A stretch of 63,477 nucleotides of DNA, the filler included, from Dugesia japonica (lineage: Eukaryota): assembly GCA_001938525.1 (NCBI GenBank). It is 6 parts of 6 records of this genome, joined end to end, with 100 filler letters (N's around TTAATTAATTAA, not from the genome) between each part and the next. Parts side by side here need not be neighbours in the genome. Positions count along the whole stretch, not along the records: positions 33,263 to 42,790 come from MQRL01632403.1; positions 42,891 to 51,949 come from MQRL01589529.1; 4 more parts are not named here. The stretch is one strand, 5' to 3'. A program made the position numbers and the translations under genes. Shown here one piece after another: positions 38,300 to 51,435 of the stretch (positions are counted from its first letter, which is position 1; each line of letters begins with the position of its first letter). Under the pieces are notes generated by a model. It saw only the letters and a program-made list of their open reading frames with translations, searched no databases and was not told the DNA's origin.

Positions 38300-39930
38300 G
38301 CAAACATTTATTTTAATGCTTCTGCAAATTAATTCAATTTATTTCATACTGTAAATGTTTGACCAATATAAATTGATTTCAATAGAAATAATTTGTATTA
38401 GTTACTCTCCATAATTTTATGTCCAGAATTTAACAATTCGTTTAGATGGAGACTATTTTGAAATATTGAACAATCTAGTAAAATTTTGATCTTTCTTTTT
38501 TGAAAATTTTAATATTGAAATTCCTGAAGATATTTTGATACTTGGTTCACAGCAGTGAATAAATTACACATGGAACACCAGTCGCATAACATAGCATGCC
38601 CCAATTACATTTTCATATAACATATATTACATACAAATATAGCACATTACAAATAACAGGCTGCAAAATTTAACAATTAAATTCCCGAACAAATTCCTTA
38701 TTTCATCTATTTTAAATCTTATTTTATAACTTTTTTTGTTTTCAATCGTGTGATTATAATTTTATTCTTTCTTTGATCAACTAATTATCAATTATTAATT
38801 TATGATTATTAATTATCAATTATTTATTATAAATTATTAATTATTATCACGCCTCTAAATCCAAGTAAACATAACTATTAATGTTTTTCATACATGATAT
38901 ATTCGAGTTGCAACATGAGCTGTATTAAAAACATATCTCAAACAGAAAGTCCTTCGTAATCCCTTTTCTCCACAGAATCTTTTATTCTAAGTTTTCTATA
39001 CTTAATTTTTAGTCTAAAGTGAGGGAAGCAATTATTTCTATAAATTGGTTATCAAAGTAAAATACGAGAAAATCTAACCTCAATACAAATATCAATCATT
39101 GTTAATAAGGTTTGGTAAAACGCAGTGGCGTAGTGAGAGGAGAATGGGGTCTATCATATCCTGGGCATCAGTTGCAGCGGTGCGCTTAATGGTCGTTAAG
39201 ACAAACAAGATTTTCTGTGTCAAAAATATTTAGTTCTTTTGGCGAAGAATACGCGAGCGATAAAGTTTGGGATTCAATGCTATATATTATATTACTATTA
39301 TATTATATTTTTTCAGGAGTGGGGCGCCAAAACTGTATTGTGCTCGCGCACCTGTTATGCTTGCTATGCCACTCGTAAAATGATAACAAAATTATAATAA
39401 TTATGCAACAATAATTTCATAAAAATAATTTAGAATTAAAAAATGTTAGATTATTGAGCCTTATAAATACTTTCCATTTTCTTTTGTTATCTAACATAAC
39501 GTTCAATTGTCAAATATATAAAACAAATAAATTTTCATGAAAAGTTTGCTAATTTCATGTAATGTGCAAGAACCAGACCCCGATTAAAACATTGAGAGGT
39601 CCTAAGAACTTACAAAATTTCAAATTTTCTTCAGATTTGGCAAAATGAATGTCAGTTACAATAGAGATATTAATACCATTATAATTTACAGACAAAGTGA
39701 AATCACTCATATTATTTGATTCTAGAAGTATTTGAGGTATTTGNNNNNNNNNNNNNNNNNNNNNNNNNNNNNNNNNNNNNNNNNNNNNNNNNNNNNNNNN
39801 NNGTTGATATTGTGGACTTTTTGTGAAGAAACTAATCAACTTTACAGTCTTGCTCTCTAATTCTAAATGTTTCTTGATTGCTAATTTTCGTTTTTGATGA
39901 CCACTTAATGAAAATTCAGAAATTAAATTG
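38300..39930 (-). pseudogene. Degraded hAT transposase remnant
   Basis: N-terminal LSGHQKRK...KLISFF (about 39830-39910) and VNQVSKYLQ (about 38530). Heavily decayed and interrupted by the MITE. Confidence 0.35.
39123..39374. mobile_element. hAT MITE
   Basis: TIRs CAGTGGCGTAG / CTATGCCACTC; 8-bp TSD GTAAAACG / GTAAAATG. Confidence 0.85.
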
Positions 39931-40283
39931 TAATGCCAATTAATAATATTAATTTAATATACTTAAACATATAATAATCATACAAAATAAAAATATTTAA
40001 TATTTGTATAACTCCAATTCAGTGTTTAGTTTTCTATATAGAAAAGCTGAATCTATAATTTAGAGAGAAAATTTGTGTGTGAATATGTTCTAAATTGTAA
40101 AGTTGTAATTATTTTTATAATGTAATGTGAATTTAATTCAAAACATTGATTAATAAAGGTTTCAATTAAATCAATTTGTTAAAATTATATCTAGCATATA
40201 ATTTTTCAAATCTTACAATAACCTAAAAAAGTAAATTAGATCTATAATTATAATTTATGATAAATTTTTATACCTATAGAAAT

Positions 40284-40510
40284 GATGGATAAATTTATAA
40301 AAAGGAAACTTAATCTCGAACTTACTTGAATCTTGACAACTTAATTAAAGGAAGTTGAATAAGGGATATTTTTTACAGTTGTTTAAATTTTAAATATTAA
40401 TTGGTCAATTAAGTGCGAAATTTATTTGTTAGCAATAATATTTTAAACCTTAAATAAAAATGCAATAAGAAATGGCAATTGTAGCAAAAAATTAGTGTGC
40501 CATGAAAAAC
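40284..40510. mobile_element. hAT-Charlie-like fragment
   Basis: Inverted homologue of 63090-63262, preceded by an MDKFIKRK-type start. Confidence 0.65.
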
Positions 40511-40799
40511 AATAGTACTAATATCAATGAAAAGATTGCAAAAAATACGATTTTATGTGGCATTGGCTGAAATATTATTAGGCCTTAGTTACTCAGTTAA
40601 TTTAATTAACCAGTCAAATGATGTCAAATTTATTTATATAAATTTGTTATTTTATGGAGTTTATTATTATTCTCTTGATTTCGAGAAAAGTTAGAATTTA
40701 AGGATAAAGGCACCAATACTAGAATTGATGAGAATCGAATCGGAATCTTTGAATTCGGAAAAATTGTCAACCAATTCGAGTTAATGTTTGTAGAGTAGC

Positions 40800-42245
40800 A
40801 TACATATTTATATATACATATCAGTCATATGAGATTCAACACGGAGGTATTTTAATAAATTTGTTCCTTGAAAACGACCAAAATTTACGGTGGCGTCTAC
40901 ATTAGCCGGGACCGTATTTCATTTCGTGATAACCATGATATTAGATGATAAAATTTAACAATTCCGTAGTTTTGATAACAACAGGGTAATTATAGGGAAG
41001 ATAATAATAATGATAAGTGGAATTTTATTAACAGCGATAATGGTTATACGGGAAATATTGTTAAAAATGTAGTATCGATAACAGCAGTAACGATAAATTA
41101 TGTTGATAATGCGTGTGTAGTGGATTGGCAGAGTTTTGGGAGTGATAATGTGTCAGTGTAATCATGTTTATAACAAGCTTCAATACTGTTGCTGGAAAGA
41201 TCTATAAATTCATGAGTTGATTTAGCAGAGTTGTTGAGTGTTAATCCAAGTGCAATTATTTGCCCGATAAGTAGCCGTGTTGTTAAATCGGCTTATTATG
41301 GCTCATTATGAGGAAAAATGGGAAGGAATTCTCTTCTAATATTTACAGCTAGTGATGACAAGATCAGGAATGACGGCAATGAATATATTTGTTTCGATGT
41401 GATACACTGAATTTTATAAGGGAGAAAACGACGTATAGATAAAACACTTCTATTTTAGACAGCATTAATTGTACAACTACAATAACAGCAAAGCATTCTT
41501 ACTTGTTGAATAAACATATCTGCAACGGGTATCCAAAAATAATAAATAAACAATGGTTGGAAATTTTCTGTAATTGTAATGAAGCTATGAAACTCGTTCT
41601 GTTTTTATAGGGGTGGTTTTACACTTACTTCTTTTAATTGTACCTTATGATTCATTTTTCGCCGTTTTATTGTGGGGGTATTTTTAACTTCTATATTTTC
41701 TTGTTCTTTATTGGTGGGTATTTTAAGCAATCACCTGATTTTTTTATGCTTTGTTCTGATTCCTTTTTGTGGTCCCTTATTGGCCTATCCTCAGTACTCC
41801 TTTTCTTGTCTTCCTGAGGGTTTTTTGTTTTTGAAATTAACAAAATCGAATTCCCATCTTCAAATTCTATTCAATTTTCTTTAACCCTATATTTTCTAAT
41901 TATTCTGAACAAATTTATTCGACTTTTCTTCTTTTCTCCTCAATCAACTCTTGTTTTATACGAACTAATTAATTAATAATTTCCTTATTTTTTCTATTCT
42001 ATTTTTATTAAATTTAATTCGATTTTTACTGAACTTTAATTATAACTGATCGGGTTTCCTCGTCTTTCATATTCTAATTATTATCTTTATTTATTTTATT
42101 ATTTTCTTGATTAATTCCTAATTATTTCTAAATTAATTTACCAGAAGTTTGATTCCTTTTATATTATTCTTAATTGATTAAAACTTCACTTGTTTGGGGT
42201 CTCCACTTTTTCATCGTATCTTTTTCTTGGTGTTTCACCTTAACA
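40800..42245 (-). mobile_element. Coding-LTR 5' portion (copy F)
   Basis: Reverse complement begins TGTTAAGGTGAAACACC. CCAAT boxes, CCTATAAAA near 41610, CCGTTGCAG...GTAAG leader donor near 41500. Left boundary approximate. Confidence 0.7.
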
Positions 42246-42890
42246 ATAATAAAAATAACAAATAATAATAATAGTAATTATTATAATCATTATTATTGTT
42301 GGTGTAGAACACCTGATATAATAAATAATAATGGCGATAGATAAGGTCGAATTCGAAGAGAAATACAAAAGAAAGGGGAAGAAAGAATCTAGAAAATGAA
42401 AGATCAAAGACCAGTTAACGAAAGGGACAATCAAAGAAAAAACCAAGATTAGGGAACTAAAGATAGGAAATGATCAAAAAATTCCTGAGACATTAATGAA
42501 GAAAAGAAATGATGGAAGATACAAACAGACTGAGAAAACTAAGAAATGACAATTCATTACACGTAAGAAAAAAAATCGAATGAAATTAATAATTAACATA
42601 CATGAAAAAAATTAATTATTGAAGAAAATTAAAATTAGATTAAACTTCGGCTTAGAAATGAAAAATGTCAATTTAATTAATAAATTAAGAAAAAAAATAA
42701 ATCAGACGAATGAAAAAAATAAAATTAAATTTATATGAAAAATACGAAAAAACGAGGACTTCTCAGTAAGAAAAAATTAATGGTTAAGAANNNNNNNNNN
42801 NNNNNNNNNNNNNNNNNNNNNNNNNNNNNNNNNNTTAATTAATTAANNNNNNNNNNNNNNNNNNNNNNNNNNNNNNNNNNNNNNNNNNNN

Positions 42891-43110
42891 AATAAAAATA
42901 GAACAAAGACACAATGGTCAGGTGTCATGATAAAAATAGCTACCAATTGCAGCACCAAAACTTGAAGAAAATTTTGGAGAATGGGCATTGGAGCCAATAG
43001 AATCAGAAAAAGGCCGATCTAAAAATAATTAGCAAATCTAGAAGAAGTTGGGGTGTAAGGCAAACCCTATAAAAGGACCCCTAACTTTAGCAGAAAACAG
43101 TCAGTTATTT
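42891..43110 (+). promoter_or_regulatory. LTR core promoter (CCAAT, MEF2-like, TATA, Inr)
   Basis: Two CCAAT boxes, CTAAAAATAA at 43019, TATAAAA at 43068 and TCAGTT at 43101. Confidence 0.6.
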
Positions 43111-45289
43111 TTTAAAACAAAACATTAAATTTTGTACTGTCATATACGCAAAAGGAATTTTCTGTGTAAACCTGATTGTGGACTGCATTAACCTACGGAT
43201 ATTCTGAGAAAAAATTAACTAGTTAACATCCAAACAAAATTCATTCAGTAGTTATCGTGCGTCAACAGTATCGTGCTATAACAGAAAAATAGTAAATTAA
43301 ATTTCTATTTACCTTGCGGATAAATTTCTTTATTTCAAAAAAAGGAAAGTAAAAAAATTCCAGACCCCAGATTCAATTCCAGGAACTGCCAAATTAGTAG
43401 TATTTGTTCACGAAAGGAAACCCGTTGCAGGAATCCTTTAGTTCGAACGAAAAGTAAATTATTATTTTAATTATGTTAGACGGATATAATATAAAAAATG
43501 GAATATAATTTATTTTAATAAAATTAGCTATGTTATAATTTTAATTGCTATTTTATTTATATAAATACTCATCGCTTTTGATAGGCTATAGAAAGTTCCT
43601 AAAATAACGAAGTTTTACTTTTTGTACTAAAAAAAACATTATATGAAAATAGATGTAGTTTTCACTTTAATCCCTCATCCCTTTGAATATGTCAACCTCA
43701 GGAAAATCATTTGATCAGACTAGATTCTATTCAAGTTAAGTTAGCAACGTCGGTGCTTAAGACGAAAGTCGGGTCAGTTCGTTTTCTTTGGTTATGGCAA
43801 TGAATTTAAAAAACAGATAAATTCACACGATAATCTATAGTACTAAAATTGTAAAAAATACCACTGTAATTACAACCGTTTATTTAAAACGAGCACAAAC
43901 AAAAATATCTAAAAAAATACCTCGATGAATCCAAATTTTAAGTAATTCCAGGCATGTCTGTAAGGAGAAGATCACTTATTATGTTAACTAAAGTCTACCA
44001 ATAACGAATTCGATAAATCCACTCAGGATAGAATGAATTTCACTACCGGAATGTTTTTCAGAAAATCGAGATTCAGAATAATGAGATGTAGTTAGCATGT
44101 TAGTGATAAGTATTGACACTGATAAATATGTCATCACATAGAGATGATGCCGTTGTTCAATCGATATATCCACTAAGCAGACCTACAACCAACTGAGCAG
44201 GCACACATAGCCTAATGAAGACCGCCGTAATTATGCACACCCTGAGTTATTTCTAAGCAACGATAACGCGCAAAGAATTAGATCACAGAAATTCCGGAAG
44301 AAATGACTTTTGTTTAAAACGAATGGTATTTTTGTTAATTTCATTATTGTCACTACTAACGTTCTTGAAATTGCTGATAATATTCTTATAGAGATAAATA
44401 CCGATTTTATGGCTACGGGTGACAATTAGTAACAATTAGTAATGTCATTTTAGTTAACAGCAAACCTGGAAATAATTCGACTATAAATTCTATTATTTCT
44501 TTTTTATAATTATTATTAGTATTATTATCGTTATTATCATTATTATTATTATTATTATTAATATTGTGAGGTAAATTTAATAGACAGGTTGATTCGGGGA
44601 ATTTTTTGTGGCAAATCAATAAAAGAATAATAATTTNNNNNNNNNNNNNNNNNNNNNNNNNNNNNNNNNNNNNNNNNNNNNNNNNNNNNNNNNNNNNNNN
44701 NNNNNNNNNNNNNNNNNNNNNNNNNNNNNNNNNNNNNNNNNNNNNNNNNNNNNNNNNNNNNNNNNNNNNNNNNNNNNNNNNNNNNNNNNNNNNNNNNNNN
44801 NNNNNNNNNNNNNNNNNNNNNNNNNNNNNNNGAAATAAAATTTTAATAGAAGTATAAGAATATTTTGAAATTTTAAAATGAAGTATAAAATTAATAAAAT
44901 TAAAAGTAGAATAAATATTTTAATAAAAAATTTGAAATTGCCAGAAATAAATTCCTTGTCAAATTTGTTTGTTTAATCTCCTTTTGTTATGAGATATATT
45001 ATTTACAACTCAAGTGTTAATTTGAATGGAACCAAATAACAAAATAGAAGATTCTGAGGAAACTACTTACAAATATTATGATTATTATCTCGCTATCAGT
45101 GTTCCAACTATCAATATTATTATACCAAGAACTCCTTTAGCATTATTGTTATAGTATTAAACGTACAATTAATATTGTAATTATAATTATTACTATCATC
45201 ATTAAACTATTACAGATATTACTAGTAATTTTGAAATAAACAATTAATTTATTGATATTGAATTTATCCCCAGTATTACTTGCTCATGA

Positions 45290-48200
45290 TTTCATGCTCA
45301 TGATTTTCTGAAAAGTCAAGATGGTAACAAATTCAAACCTTGGGAAATTAACATCCTGCTTCACCTACTGGACTTAGAATACCTTCTGGACACAACTCTC
45401 TTTGAAAAAGCAAGATACTCTTTCACTCAAAGAATTGCTTCAATTAACAAATCTGACAACTTAACAGTTGAAAGTTCCTACATCCACCTCAAATCGAAAA
45501 TTATCTCTCATGCAGAAAAAACCTTTAAACTAAAAACAAAGAATCCACTTAATAAAGGACATCCTATCTCTGAGGAATACATTCTCAAAACTACTAATGA
45601 AATCATCAGTAGAATACAACGCTTCTCTAATGATTTTGCTAATTTTGCAAGGTATGAAATTGACAATGTTGTTACTTATTTTAGCTCAAATGCAAGCCTT
45701 TCTGATAAAACTGAGACTATTAGCCTCTTTTACATCTTTCTTAACCATGTAGAGAATATTGACCGACTCAAGTTTCTGCCCAAAGAGGATATCAAACTTA
45801 TCAGAGAACGTTGTCAAGTTCACTCCATTTTTATTAAGAAAAAAACATCAGGAAAGTTATCATTGGCACCAGAAATGGTGACGAAAGTGGTGATGAGTCA
45901 TCATATGAAACTCAAATGGATTACCCCAGTAACTCTGATACCAACAGATATAAATTATTAGCTTCCCAAGATATTGATGACATAGACGACATCAAATTAT
46001 CAGATTCTGAAGACAATACCGAAGTTTCAGGTGGTGCTAGTTCTAAAAGCAAAATCCATGGAACAATCACAAGCTCTCCTAACAGATCTCAAAAGGACGG
46101 AAATTCCTCTTCACAATCTCCTCCGAATAAATCTGATCCAACTCATCATTCCAAAACTGCTTCTACTTAATTATCACCTACCAAAAACACTGAATCAGTT
46201 GACCTTGATGCGGAACTAATATCTACTGGTCTCTTCACTGGTCTCAGTAAAATTTCTGCGTCTTCGCACTCATCTATGCATGAAGAAGATAGTCCCATCT
46301 TCTCTACCACTGAACATGAAGATACAGATAATGAAGATCAAAATCATTCAGACAGCTTGTCTGACAATATCAAACAAAAGAATCTTCTCAACGTGATAAA
46401 CACAGTACAGAAGGTTCTTGTGGAAAGACTAGAAGATCATTTTAATCCAAAGAAAATCAGCAGACAATCGCCGGACTCTGAGAGCAGTGATAAAAGAGAC
46501 CCGACCACTGATGTACTTCAAAATATCCTTTTTACAGATGAAGCAAATAAAATTATTACAAGTGAAAGCCTACCTAGCAACAAAGAAAAAATTACTCCGA
46601 AAAAAGCAAGAAAGCCTACTTCCAGAGACACTAAAACTCTTGGCAATACTTACCCTAACAAATTCACTGCCTATCGACTCAACATCGAAAAGCAACTGAA
46701 ATGCACCCATCCTGCACAGTGCAGTGTAGGGAAGAAGGCTTCATATGTTATGGACAGCAAATATCTTCACGACTACTACTCTATGATCCACAAAATAAAA
46801 CTTAATCAAGATTTCATTGTCCAATATGACATATGTCCTGCCACTCTTGAAAACAAACGAAACTTCTACTATTCAGATCTAAAACTCCACGATGATACCT
46901 TACATAGCTAACTTCCTTCCAAAATGCAAGTTAGAAACGAGAAAAGTAAGATCCTTCTCGGCTCAGGTAAAAATGATCCTCATCTCCTTGATGTCGACTG
47001 CTCTTCTGGTAATGCTTAATGCAAATACGCTTCTAAAAATGGGAAAATTTGTGGTACACTCTTCAATAGTCCTGTAAACACCATAAAAATAAAGGAACAA
47101 ATCAACTTACATCTACTAAAGAAATCGAAGATAACGATAATGTCATCCTTTGCAATTGTGGTCATAGTGCAAACCTGGAAAACTTAATCCAGCATATGAA
47201 TTATTGTAAACAAAACAAAGAAAAAGTTACACCGTTTCAAGCCACTGACGATATTCTACTTGTTGAATCAGATGCCTCACAACTATGACTAAGCAACCAT
47301 GTCATTGAAGATTACCTAAAAAAATTTATTCTGAATGACAAATCACTCTTTATTGATCCACACATCAGTAATGCTCTTATTCACAATAACTGGGGTGAGT
47401 TCTACAGAAACTTTCCATTTAACAATATCCATTTGGCTGATTTTCTTATTTTTCCCTACAATTGGAACAACAATCACTGGATTTTTTACTTTGCTGATAT
47501 TAAGAAAAACAAATCTATCTATTTGGATCCTAGTAATGCTTACCTCTCCTTTGAGCAAACTCAACTTCAGGTTAAACTGAACAAGATTTTCTCCAACTAT
47601 TATTACCCAAAAGAAGAAATCTCTTTCAGCTCCGAAACATCATTTAGCCATCCTCTCTAGATCAATGGTAATGACTGTGGAATTTTTATCATGCATTACT
47701 CTAAATGTCTCCTTAACAACAACTGTTTATCAGTTGCAAATGTTAAGGAGTATTGGAAAAACATCAGAAAAATGGTCCACAATCACATCAAAGCGATTAC
47801 CAAAAATCCTCACAAAGAAAGCAACCGAGATAACATATCTCAAATTACACAAAAACTTGCAAATGGTTCAATCACAACTTCGGAATCTCTTCTTGAAATC
47901 CAGCAGAAACTGGCCAAAATTTCACCAAACAAATTTAGAGACAGAAATCCCAAGCAGTCGTATCACCATAAGAGAAACAACCTTATGGAGTCCAGATACA
48001 AACTTCAAACAAGATACCTTAGGAATCCTTCTGCGGTTTTCAATGATATCATTGGCTCCTCCTCTCCAGATTCGTGCCCTTCTAAAGAAGACATAATCAA
48101 AGAATTTACGCAGGCTAAACCTAAGGATCTTGACTTTAGCCTGATCAACAATTTTATTCTGCCAACTTCAGAAGATTTCCATACTCATAATGAAATCACT

Positions 48201-50802
48201 ATTCAAGAAATTGAGTATGCTTTTAGCTAAACAGACAAATCTTCTCCAGGCCTTGACAAGATCAGCTACTCAGACTGGGTCAGACTTGATAGCAGCCATT
48301 GTTATCTAAAAGAACTTTTCAACAGAGTCCTTAAACATAAGGACATACCGAATCAATGGAAAAGATTTCACACAACCTTGATCCTCAAACCTGTAAAAGA
48401 AGACGCTTCTCACTCTGTCTCTTCTTGGAGGCCAATAGCTGTTTTGGACACTTCCTACAGAATTTTCACAATCATAATAAACTATCGGCTCTTTCAATGG
48501 ATTAAAAATGGCTGTCTTCTCTCCATCACTCAAAATGCGGTCAATGTGTCTGATGGTTGTTCACAACACAATGCCACAATCCAAATAATTAAAGAAAAAG
48601 CTGAAAGAGAAAAAACAAACCTTAACCTTACTTGGTTGGATCTCGCTGATGCTTTCGGTAGTCTTCCTCATGAATTTCTATGGAATACCCTGAAAAAAAT
48701 GGGTCTCCACAATGATACAATTCACCTTCTCTGAGACCTTTACACCAATATCTATACCAGCTACAGCTGCCTCGACATCAACACAGGTGATATTGCTATC
48801 CAAAAAGGAGTTAAACAAGGCTGTCCGATGTCAATGACTCTTTTCAGCCTCGCTATTGACTTCTTGATCAAGGATACAGCAACCAGATTTCCTTTTATAA
48901 ACTCTGGCTTCAATACACCCATCCTGGCGTATGCTGTCGATCTCGTTCTGATGACAAACAACAAACGTAAAAGTGCTGCCATGATCAATCACATTGTTGG
49001 TCTCGCTGATCTCTGCCATCTTAAATTCAGACCCAGCAAATGTGGTTACTTCACTTCTAACAAACAATTGACCTCCAATGAGATCCAGATTTATGGTGAA
49101 AAACTCCTTATCATAGACGAGGAGAACGTCTACAATTACCTTGGTGTGCCGTTTGGCGAAAAGAAAAAGTGCAATCTTGAAAAAATTATCTCAAAGGCCT
49201 TTATTGACTTCACCAAGCTTGCTGCTTCTGATCTCCATCCAACTCAGAAAATTCAGGCCTACAAAATATTTATTCATTCAAGGCTTATTTACTCAATGCG
49301 AAATAGAAATATTCTGTGTATGAAGCTCAACAACCGTCATCATAAGCCTCTTAATGGCTCCGCTGATCAACCAGGCTATGACCAAGTTATCAAAAAAATT
49401 GTTAAAGAAATCATTGAAGCTCCTAATACTAGTCAAAACAATGCCTTTCTTTATGCTCCATCAGATCTTGGGGGACTTGGTCTAATACCGCCTATTGATG
49501 AATATTATATTCAAATCATTGTCCATGTTCTACGAACGCTTAACTCTGATACCGAAATCTTCAGAGAATTTGCCACTCGCGAATTAGAGCTCACTGGTAA
49601 ACATTGATACCGTAAACTGACCAACTTCTCTCTAGACAAGTGCTTGGATTGGGTAAACAACACTATTACCCCACTAGACAAAGCCGATGTAGTCGTCTCC
49701 TGGTGGACTAGAGTTCGATTCGCCATCAACAGACTCAATGAAGCTCACAAGTTAAAACTCAATTTTTATAGGGATGATAACCTTATCTCCCTACGTATTA
49801 CCGGACTAGCTGACTACAATCTTCAGACTAATATCATTTTTAATAATGATTCCAAATCTAAAATATGCAAGGCACTTCACAAAGAGATTGGGTACACTTA
49901 TTATCAGCAATGGTGTAGTCTGACTACTCAAGGCTTCCTCGCAAATGCCATTGCTGCTTCCGACTACAGTAGCAAATTTATGAAAAAGATCAATNNNNNN
50001 NNNNNNGACTATTTATTTATTGTCAGAGCAAGAAATAACCTTCTCAGAACCAACTACAATCCATACAGACTCAAAATGAACATGCCAACTCACTGCAGGC
50101 AATGTGGTTCTCATGCGGAAACACAAACGCATATTTTTAATCACTGCCCGGTCATGAAAAATCAGAAATACAACAAGCACAACAGATTTGTGGAAAAGAC
50201 TGCTTCAATCTCCAGGAAGTGGGACTTTGACGTTCAATATGATTGCTCACCCCAGGGCCTTGACACAAAGTTGAGACCGGATCTGATTATAACTAGTAAC
50301 AGAAATAACAAGATCCACATATTGGATGTCAAAGTACCTTACGACTCCTTAGAAGGATTCAAAAAAGTTAGAACAGACAATAAAAGCAAATATGAGCAAG
50401 TTCGAAAGGATCTCGGGGCCAAGTATCACAAAGAAGTTACCCTTGATGCTTTAATTCTTGGTACCCTGGGATCGAGGGATCCTGCTAATCAAAGATCCCT
50501 CAAAGCAATTGGGCTTAACAACAAGGAAAACAAACACATTTCGCAGGCTCTCATTGAAAAGGTGATCAAGACCTCTAACAGAATTTTCCTAGATCATATG
50601 ATCAACGAGGCCAGGTTCAATACAATTGATTCAACTCCTCTTTTGTGATTCTTAAGCAAAGTTTAATTTAGAACTTTGCTGCCTACTAAAAGTTTGAACT
50701 GTTACAAAGAAAAAGTTTAGGTTATGGACTCGTCTATTCCTACATTGACTTAATACCGGGACTAGTTATCCTAAATATTTTGTTAAATAAAGTTTTTTTT
50801 TT
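45290..50802 (+). mobile_element. NeSL/R5-type non-LTR retrotransposon (Ulp1-like protease, RT, CCHC, restriction-like endonuclease)
   Basis: One disrupted ORF from at least 45302 to 50648. C48 triad NHW...YLDP...(*)INGNDCG (47280-47710); RT WRPIAVL, WLDLADAFGSLPH, GVKQGCPMS, YAVDL; CRQC...ETQTHIFNHC; KHN, RPDL...LDVK, KSKY. 3' end AATAAA then T10. Confidence 0.93.
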
Positions 50803-51082
50803 CAAGAGAGGGTGTGGAAGTCCCAAGTCGAAACCTTTGCCACGATTATCAAATCCTACCAAGAGCGTGAAAATCAACTCTTAGATAATATATTGAATTT
50901 GAGGACCACTATCCCATTAACTCCCCTCTTGATTGATAAAGGTACTCAGACTAACCGTTCCTGAGTTATCATATCTACTATTTGGTTGCTTTTAATAAAT
51001 TATTGTATTTGTATCTTTTTTTTAATTTGTTTCACTAATTTCAAACCTAACTCTTGTCAACTTAACTATAATTTTTATTTAG

Positions 51083-51435
51083 TGACACGAATTAATTTCC
51101 CCAACAGCATCCGAAGGTGCCACCGTATTATGCGACGCCTCCTTATTGAGAGACACTTAAAACGCAAGGCGGATAGGGCCATCTTAAAACATTTAGCCCT
51201 ATGGAACCAACTTATAAAAAGATTGGATTTAGTAGTTCACAAACAGAACGACTTGGCGATCCAAACCAAAGCCCTAGAGGCAGAAAACAGGAAGTTACTG
51301 TTACGAAAAATAGACTTCCTGAACCAATATATCGCCGATCTCTCCCGCCAAATAAGCAATCCAACTGTAATTCAATGGGACGATAATGATGATATCGCCG
51401 CCTTTAACTTTTCGGTGACCGATCCGGACCAGTGA
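51083..51435 (+). pseudogene. LTR exon d (copy D)
   Basis: TTTAG|TG acceptor; RINFPNSIRRCHRIMRRLLIERHLKRK...WDDNDDIAAF; TGG>TGA near the end. Confidence 0.75.
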
